Shown here: piece by piece, positions 60,537 through 64,000 of the stretch | Layout: every line of letters starts with the position of its first letter | Position numbering within the stretch: the first letter of the stretch is position 1 | Source: an uncultured Candidatus Saccharibacteria bacterium | Lineage (GTDB): Bacteria; Patescibacteriota; Saccharimonadia; Saccharimonadales; JBBQAJ01 | Reading direction: 5' to 3' | DNA length: 64,000 nt | NCBI GenBank assembly: GCA_964593805.1 | Contig: CAZQHP010000001.1 | Coordinates: forward strand, 709,283 to 773,282 | The notes under the pieces: model-generated | The model's input: the letters and a program-made list of their open reading frames with translations, nothing else | Database searches by the model: none | What the model was told of the DNA's origin: nothing | Translations under genes and position numbers: made by a program

Positions 60537-60613
60537 TGGTGGGCGATGAGGGACTCGAACCTCCGACCTCGTCATTATCAGTGACGCGCTCTAACCAGCT
60601 GAGCTAATCGCCC
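60537..60613 (-). tRNA. tRNA-Ile (GAU), CCA encoded
   Basis: Reverse complement GGGCGAUUAGCUCAGCUGGUUAGAGCGCGUCACUGAUAAUGACGAGGUCGGAGGUUCGAGUCCCUCAUCGCCCACCA, with anticodon loop CUGAUAA. Confidence 0.9.
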
Positions 60614-60668
60614 TCGCAAAAGACCAGCGTATTGTACCGGAAACTCCCCTGTTAAACAACTGTAGTTG

Positions 60669-60878
60669 CTAAACGGGTCTTTCCGATTCTGGAGGTTTTG
60701 GTTCTGCAAAGCGAAACCGAAGACCTTGTTTATCTACATACAAGATGGCATGCACGCCTTCTTCGAATCCGATTAATCTTTGCAAAGGCCTCCGAAACAA
60801 GCGTGGAATTTCGTGACCATAAATTACGGCTGGTGACACCCGCTCTTTTTTGCCAGAAGTAGGCTCAACTTCTCCCAT
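60669..60878 (-). CDS. Hypothetical small protein (69 aa)
   Basis: The ORF has a TATAAT (60888-60893, minus strand) about 9 nt upstream of its ATG. No family recognised; it may be non-coding. Confidence 0.3.
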   Translation of the reverse strand: MGEVEPTSGKKERVSPAVIYGHEIPRLFRRPLQRLIGFEEGVHAILYVDKQGLRFRFAEPKPPESERPV

Positions 60879-60899
60879 AGTACGATTATTATAACAAAC

Positions 60900-60954
60900 G
60901 AGGGTTAGCCCTCATCCCCCACCATGAAACACCTTCCAGAGGTGTTTTTATTTT
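60900..60954 (+). repeat. Repeat A: degenerate tRNA-Ile 3' half (T-arm-like hairpin + ATCCCCCACCA) plus terminator hairpin
   Basis: GAGGG-ttag-CCCTC ATCCCCC ACCA resembles GGAGG-uucgagu-CCCUC AUCGCCC ACCA of tRNA-Ile but is on the opposite strand. It is followed by AAACACCT-tccag-AGGTGTTT and a T-run. Positions 60918-60954 repeat at 61548-61584 with one mismatch. Confidence 0.75.
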
Positions 60955-61003
60955 TGTACAAACTTCCTACTATTAGCAACTCAGCTTGTGTTATCATTCA
61001 GAA

Positions 61004-61279
61004 ATGAGCGATACCCAGAATTCCGAGAGGTTACAAAAATCGAATTTTAATACAACCGCACAGTTTATGCTACCTTTCTTTACGCTTAGCTCAATACTAC
61101 TAATATCTTTCAAGCAGCCGCAGTGGGGATTGATAACGAACCTGATTGCCCAGATATTCTGGCTTTATTCCGGTTGGAAAGCCTGGAAGGAAGCAAATCA
61201 GATTGGGATTTTTATAAATGCGATCGCTTTCACGGTCATAGTTATCTTTGGCATTATCAATTATTGGTTTATTAAATAA
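61004..61279 (+). CDS. Hypothetical small membrane protein (91 aa, 3 TM)
   Basis: ATG at 61004. Trp-rich TM helices (IAQIFWLYSGWKAWKEANQIGIFINAIAFTVIVIFGIINYW). Confidence 0.45.
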   Translation: MSDTQNSERLQKSNFNTTAQFMLPFFTLSSILLISFKQPQWGLITNLIAQIFWLYSGWKAWKEANQIGIFINAIAFTVIVIFGIINYWFIK

Positions 61280-61284
61280 GTATA

Positions 61285-61294
61285 CCGCCCACCA
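61285..61294 (+). repeat. Repeat B: CCGCCCACCA core
   Basis: A 10-mer shared with repeat C, of which 9 nt are identical to the tRNA-Ile 3' end. It sits in the 20-nt gap between two small ORFs. Confidence 0.6.
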
Positions 61295-61299
61295 ATTTT

Positions 61300-61542
61300 A
61301 TGAAAGATACCGAACTCAGTAAACTAGTCAAAGAAGCTGAATCAATTGTTGGCGGCAATTGGGATTCGCATGCAGACACTGCACGCGGCCATGCTAAGAT
61401 TCAGTCTTTGCTAGTTGCAACAAATGTAGAACTTATAAAAACCATCCGTGAACTTGACCACAAGAACAGCAGACTCCAGAAACTGGTCTTTCTACTATCT
61501 GTCGTGGCCACCTTTGCAGCGATCGTAGCTCTCATAAAGTAA
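61300..61542 (+). CDS. Hypothetical tail-anchored coiled-coil protein (80 aa)
   Basis: ORF with a C-terminal TM (LVFLLSVVATFAAIVALI). Confidence 0.45.
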   Translation: MKDTELSKLVKEAESIVGGNWDSHADTARGHAKIQSLLVATNVELIKTIRELDHKNSRLQKLVFLLSVVATFAAIVALIK

Positions 61543-61544
61543 AA

Positions 61545-61584
61545 CCGCCCACCATGAAACACCTTACAGAGGTGTTTTTATTTT
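61545..61584 (+). repeat. Repeat C: CCGCCCACCA core plus terminator hairpin (copy of repeat A)
   Basis: CCCACCATGAAACACCTTaCAGAGGTGTTTTTATTTT, exactly 630 bp downstream of repeat A. Confidence 0.75.
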
Positions 61585-61629
61585 GCTTACATTTGTCTGA
61601 GGTTGGGTTGGGTCAGATATAATAGACCT

Positions 61630-61899
61630 ATGAAGAAGTTTTGGAAGCCACTCATTATCTTTGTTGCTCTTAGTTTTATGATTCTAGTGGCTGAGATATT
61701 GGTATTTGAAACTTCTTGCCCTGGACGAGGGTTTTTCAAAGAAAGTAGCGATGGCAGATATTTGTGCGGTACTACCAGCAATGCCGAGGCTGAGATTGGC
61801 CACTTTATCTTGTCGGCAATGCTGCTAGCTCTACTTGCTACTTTCGCTACGCATCTTTTAGTACGAATCATCGAAGGCCTCAGCTCAAAAACTAAATAA
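61630..61899 (+). CDS. Hypothetical small membrane protein (89 aa, 2 TM)
   Basis: ATG at 61630 (MKKFWKPLIIFVALSFMILVA...). Confidence 0.45.
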   Translation: MKKFWKPLIIFVALSFMILVAEILVFETSCPGRGFFKESSDGRYLCGTTSNAEAEIGHFILSAMLLALLATFATHLLVRIIEGLSSKTK

Positions 61900-61937
61900 T
61901 TGCTCGGCTTGCGTCGTTTTAGGGGTAAAATGTTCTT

Positions 61938-62303
61938 GTGAGTTTAGCTTTATTTGTAGTTTTTGTGGTGTTAGTTGTTGTAGTTTTTTGGTGGCTTGTT
62001 GGGTTTACCCTTGGCCTAATTATCGCATTTATACCCAAACCAATTAAAGTTGACCGCTTTATAAACAAAGCAACTGCAAAGCGGTACTTACTCTTTAGCA
62101 CCGTTGTGCTTGTCGCAAGCTACCTTATTGAGCTACCGCTAAAACGCAGCTGTGCGTTTGATGGTTGCATTCCAACCGGTTCTGTTTCTTTTACAAACGC
62201 CGTGTTCGGTCTGCCAGCATATAGTCTCTTTGTCCTCTTTGTAGTTGGAGTTGGCATCTGGACAGCCCGCCTTGTTAGTGTCAAAAGAAAAACCCATATA
62301 TAA
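61938..62303 (+). CDS. Hypothetical membrane protein (121 aa)
   Basis: GTG-start ORF with 3-4 hydrophobic helices. Confidence 0.4.
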   Translation: MSLALFVVFVVLVVVVFWWLVGFTLGLIIAFIPKPIKVDRFINKATAKRYLLFSTVVLVASYLIELPLKRSCAFDGCIPTGSVSFTNAVFGLPAYSLFVLFVVGVGIWTARLVSVKRKTHI

Positions 62304-62374
62304 ACTTCACATCCCGCTCGTGCTTGCTAAGCCAAGATTTCATCGTATTATTAATGATATAGGGAGTTGCTAAT

Positions 62375-62812
62375 ATGACAGAAGTTATTGGCTTACCGAC
62401 AGTAGATAGCGTTATGGACACCATACCAACCGGCCGAAGAGCTTATATAAGCGCTACAACTGATTTGGGAAATGGCGAAGTTATAAAAGACGCTTGGGGA
62501 CATTCCATTGGAGTAATAGTTAACGCGCTTGGGCTTGTTTCGGCAGTGCGTACACTCGCTGAAGCCAGTTTGAAAGACGAGTTAGTGCCGCCTCTACCCG
62601 ATGATCTAAAAACTATATTGGTTACTTTCAAGGATGTAATTGACAGGCACAAAAATGATACTTTTGCAGCCGAAGAGCTGCATACAAAGTACCGTGTTCC
62701 GGCAGAATTGGCGGTTCGCGCCGCACTTGACCATGGTAGTAATGCCCACCAGCGTGCGATTTCTCGGGATCAGACTGTGTTCCCTGTTTCGCCAGATGCA
62801 ATTCAGTTTTAG
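62375..62812 (+). CDS. Hypothetical soluble protein (145 aa)
   Basis: ORF preceded by GGGAG. No family recognised. Confidence 0.45.
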   Translation: MTEVIGLPTVDSVMDTIPTGRRAYISATTDLGNGEVIKDAWGHSIGVIVNALGLVSAVRTLAEASLKDELVPPLPDDLKTILVTFKDVIDRHKNDTFAAEELHTKYRVPAELAVRAALDHGSNAHQRAISRDQTVFPVSPDAIQF

Positions 62813-62824
62813 CCAGTTACAATA

Positions 62825-62835
62825 ATCGCCCACCA
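62825..62835 (+). repeat. Repeat D: ATCGCCCACCA core (11/11 identical to the tRNA-Ile 3' end)
   Basis: Lies directly after the 145-aa ORF and is followed by a weak hairpin and a T-rich tract. Confidence 0.6.
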
Positions 62836-62873
62836 TTAACACCTTTTAGTGTGATTTTGTTTATAATAAGGCT

Positions 62874-63110
62874 ATGCAAAAGAAGCATACGAACTTTCTC
62901 ATCACACTGACTTTCCTTATACCCAGTGTATTTCTAATATGGTTTGTGCTATTACGCCCACAGATCAAGAGTGCTGAAAGCAAGTGTTATTCTCCAAATG
63001 GTAAGCAAAATATAGAAATACAGCATGGTCTTCTAAGTTTAGAATGTAGGGTATTGGATGATCCTAGCGGGAATGAACAGCTTACAAAAACCTATAATTA
63101 CTTTTGGTAA
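62874..63110 (+). CDS. Hypothetical small secreted/anchored protein (78 aa)
   Basis: N-terminal hydrophobic helix (FLITLTFLIPSVFLIWFVLL) and two Cys. Confidence 0.4.
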   Translation: MQKKHTNFLITLTFLIPSVFLIWFVLLRPQIKSAESKCYSPNGKQNIEIQHGLLSLECRVLDDPSGNEQLTKTYNYFW

Positions 63111-63115
63111 CTAAA

Positions 63116-63151
63116 AGCGCCCTTCTCGCAAATAGGGCGCTTTCGTTTTTT
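63116..63151 (+). terminator. Strong terminator where the small-gene array and 16S rRNA converge
   Basis: AGCGCCCT-tctcgcaaat-AGGGCGCT followed by TTCGTTTTTT. Confidence 0.7.
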
Positions 63152-63353
63152 GAGGCTTCTCGGTCTTTTGTGTCCGCTAAAAACTTTTATAGTGCAAATC
63201 AAACGTCAGGTCGTGTTACAGAACTGAAATCTTGTCCTTCGCTCTCGCAAGCAATTGCGAAGGATATGTGAGTTGTCAGTACTGATATTACAACTCACCA
63301 AGATCGACCTAGCTCGCAAAGGATTGCTCCGCATGCTGCTAGTTTTCTCCCTA

Positions 63354-64000
<647 letters not shown>

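Overview
This 64-kb chromosomal window is almost fully coding and mostly encoded on the minus strand. Gene content suggests a small-genome, monoderm, CPR/Patescibacteria-type bacterium, possibly Saccharibacteria-like. That assignment is an inference from class I LysRS, an INS-less ProRS, short IF-2 and EF-Ts, an LCP envelope enzyme, many Lys-rich protein tails and an rRNA locus carrying insertions. About 80% of the window is housekeeping: translation (rpsB, tsf, frr, rpmE, prfA, prmC, rplU, rpsU, rpsA, infB, def, fmt, and the lysK, proS and ileS synthetases), division and segregation (ftsA, ftsZ, parAB), envelope (uppS, rseP, LCP, lepB, htrA), nucleotide reduction (nrdR, nrdJ) and priA. The genes read cleanly in the standard genetic code. 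Five regions deserve a closer look. (1) The rRNA locus (53.4-64 kb) is broken up. 16S and 23S-5S are separated by about 6.4 kb that still holds tRNA-Ile and tRNA-Ala but also carries two insertions. One is a secreted S8 protease module next to a 24-bp duplicate of the tRNA-Ala 3' end. The other is an AT-rich array of small membrane-protein genes on the opposite strand, punctuated by four copies of the tRNA-Ile 3'-terminal core (CGCCCACCA), two of them inside a ~37-nt repeat. (2) A 7-TM heliorhodopsin-like protein carries a ~50-residue Lys/Ala/Thr-rich N-terminal tail and sits next to msrA. (3) A three-gene surface locus is built around an 1860-aa membrane-anchored, tail-fibre-like giant protein. 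(4) A T-box leader precedes ileS. (5) A small accessory patch (49-53 kb) holds Fic, a nucleotidyltransferase, an ImmA-like HEXXH protein and a free-standing YbaK-type editing domain. All calls come from reading the sequence and from remembered family motifs. No database search was run.
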